Source: Phoronis australis
Lineage: Eukaryota > Animalia > Phoronida
Length of the DNA stretch: 64,000 nt
Assembly (NCBI GenBank): GCA_002633005.1
Contig: NMRA01000165.1
Location: 285,958 to 349,957 of the forward strand
Reading direction: 5' to 3'
Both the position numbers and the translations under genes were made by a program. Under the pieces are notes generated by a model. That model was not told where the DNA came from and searched no databases. It saw only the letters and a list, made by a program, of their open reading frames with translations. Positions 62,171 through 64,000 of the stretch are shown in pieces (the first letter of the stretch is position 1; each line of letters starts with the position of its first letter).

Positions 62171-63792
62171 CATATTCTGTGTCACAGAATATGCAGTAAA
62201 ACGAAGGAAAGTTAATAACAAATATTTTCGGGTAATGCGTTCTGAACACCAGCAGTTGCGTTTATCCGAAAAAGCACTTCCTCCAAGAAAAGGCCCCATG
62301 AGCGCTTTTTAGTTCCTACCATACACGAACTGTATTCTACCACCAAATTCAGGCTACTTCTGGTTCCTGTGCTACAAGAAGTGGGGACAATCGTCACAGT
62401 CTCACCTGGTCGTCACCATTGAAGTTTATGTAAAAGTGTTCACTTTCCCTGACACCCATCCCTCCCCAGCAGTTGTAGTGACGAAGTGAAACCCGTTTTG
62501 TTCGTGTCCCTTATCTACGTTATATTCGGATAATCTAACAAAGTTGCATCATATGCAAGTAGCGCACTTTCGATGACGTCACTGTAGTGGCTTACAATCG
62601 ACCTTCCTTCATTAGCCATGAAACTTGGTTCACTGGAGTTATGTGACACGTTACAAAATGTAACCGCGCCTATGTGAACGTAACGTGATAGGAGAGTCTT
62701 GGTTATCCGAAAATTTGAATCGAGTTGTTTTTCTTAATTTGGAAATTGTTTGCTTTTTCAATTATTGATTGCTTGAACCTCACAATTAAAACGATAATCT
62801 CCGTGCGTAGATGTGCAAGCTTGCCTTTTTCATATTTTTTAATTTCACGGGCGTTCATCATCTCGCAGTACAAGATGATACCCTCCCGCACAGAACAGGG
62901 AGTTCTGTAGACCGCAAGACATTACCTTGCACTCGCGGCAAAGAATAAACATTTGTGGGATGTATACCACGGGCTATTGAACTCTCCAAACCATCACTTT
63001 AGTGGCCGCCATTTTGTTACAGGCTAGTAAGCGTCCGAGCCATAGACATCACATTATGCCGTGTCCGACCATACTCGTGAAACACCCGCCTTTCAGTCGC
63101 GTGGTTTAACGAGGTCTTGCGAGTTTTTGTTTCTCTCACAAGAAACTAGGTGCATGGATCAAATGCTCCTAGAGCGACTCGTGCAATTGAAGTATTCTCG
63201 ATTTTTTAGTTTTTGAAATGTATTCTGAAATGACTCGGGGATCATTCTGCACATGGGAATAGAGCGTGACCTCTTTGCAATAAGTACTAAAAATGTTTTG
63301 ACAAAATAAGTTTGTTTGTGTAGATGTGATGTATCTAAGATTTTACCGAAATTTAGTTAGTTAGAGATGTTTTTTACAAACTATGAGACCTACAATGGGT
63401 CTCCAAGAACGCAAAAATTGGCCACGAAACACCTTTTGAATAACAATGTCGCAGAACCAAAAATCATGTGCAGCGAAATGTTTGGAGATATTATCCCCTC
63501 ATTGATGTTTCTGAAACTGTCAATGAAAAGGTTACATATTAAGTTATTTTGGTGTCAAATTTGACTTTTAAGCTCAGCCGTGACATTTTTGCTTTTGACC
63601 TCACTATAAACACAACATAAAAATATAAACACTGCTTCCAAGAAAATTTCTCTTGTCAGTAAAACGTTTGCTTAGTCATTCAAACATATAATTGATTCAC
63701 ATGCAATGAGATATACAGTACATAAAATAAACACAATAAAGTATAAACATTAAAAAACAACCAGAACAGTAAAACACATAGCTCCTGTTAAA

Positions 63793-64000
63793 TTATTTAA
63801 CTTTGGGCTTGTGCTGTCCAGCTCCCTTCGCAGCACCCCTTTTGCCATGACCTTTACTAAGTTGTTTTCCCGTTCCTTTCGCCATCTCTTTTTTGGCCTT
63901 CAACGATGTTCTTGAGGGAGTATTCCGCCCGTGTCCTGGCTCTTCTCTCTTGTGTGCTTTCTTCACTGTCGGCACTGGGTCTGTGGACGTGGTGCTCAAA
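63793..64000 (-). CDS. Possible C-terminal coding end (basic, Lys/Gly-rich) of a gene or element continuing beyond the window
   Basis: Open frame from the window edge to TAA at 63793, GC-richer than its flank, followed by T-rich UTR-like sequence on the minus strand. No domain recognised. Confidence 0.4.
   Translation of the reverse strand, partial: LSTTSTDPVPTVKKAHKREEPGHGRNTPSRTSLKAKKEMAKGTGKQLSKGHGKRGAAKGAGQHKPKVK

Overview
This is AT-rich, intron-rich eukaryotic (animal, probably invertebrate) genomic DNA from a gapped draft assembly. Most short ORF-track entries are spurious or single exons. Splicing by hand (GT-AG, reading phase conserved) gives four complete genes: (1) a 12-exon, 637-aa TRP cation channel with only ~3 ankyrin repeats (+, 6464-18516); (2) a HUNK/AMPK-related kinase with a UBA-like domain whose catalytic HRD and DFG motifs have become HRR and GFR, i.e. 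a predicted pseudokinase (-, 23019-32182); (3) a divergently oriented 248-aa orphan-like gene (+, 36369-37115); (4) a 10-exon, 483-aa SLC15/POT transporter with a lysosomal dileucine signal but without the ExxER/K proton-coupling residues (+, 44322-56937). Also present: a THAP/P-element-like transposon end, several MITE/foldback elements, minisatellites built from splice junctions, a tandem array of CTCF-like motifs, two haplotype duplications around single-N scaffold joins, and the 3' end of a possible gene running off the right edge. No rRNA, tRNA or CRISPR array was seen. All family assignments come from motif recognition by eye, not from database searches.
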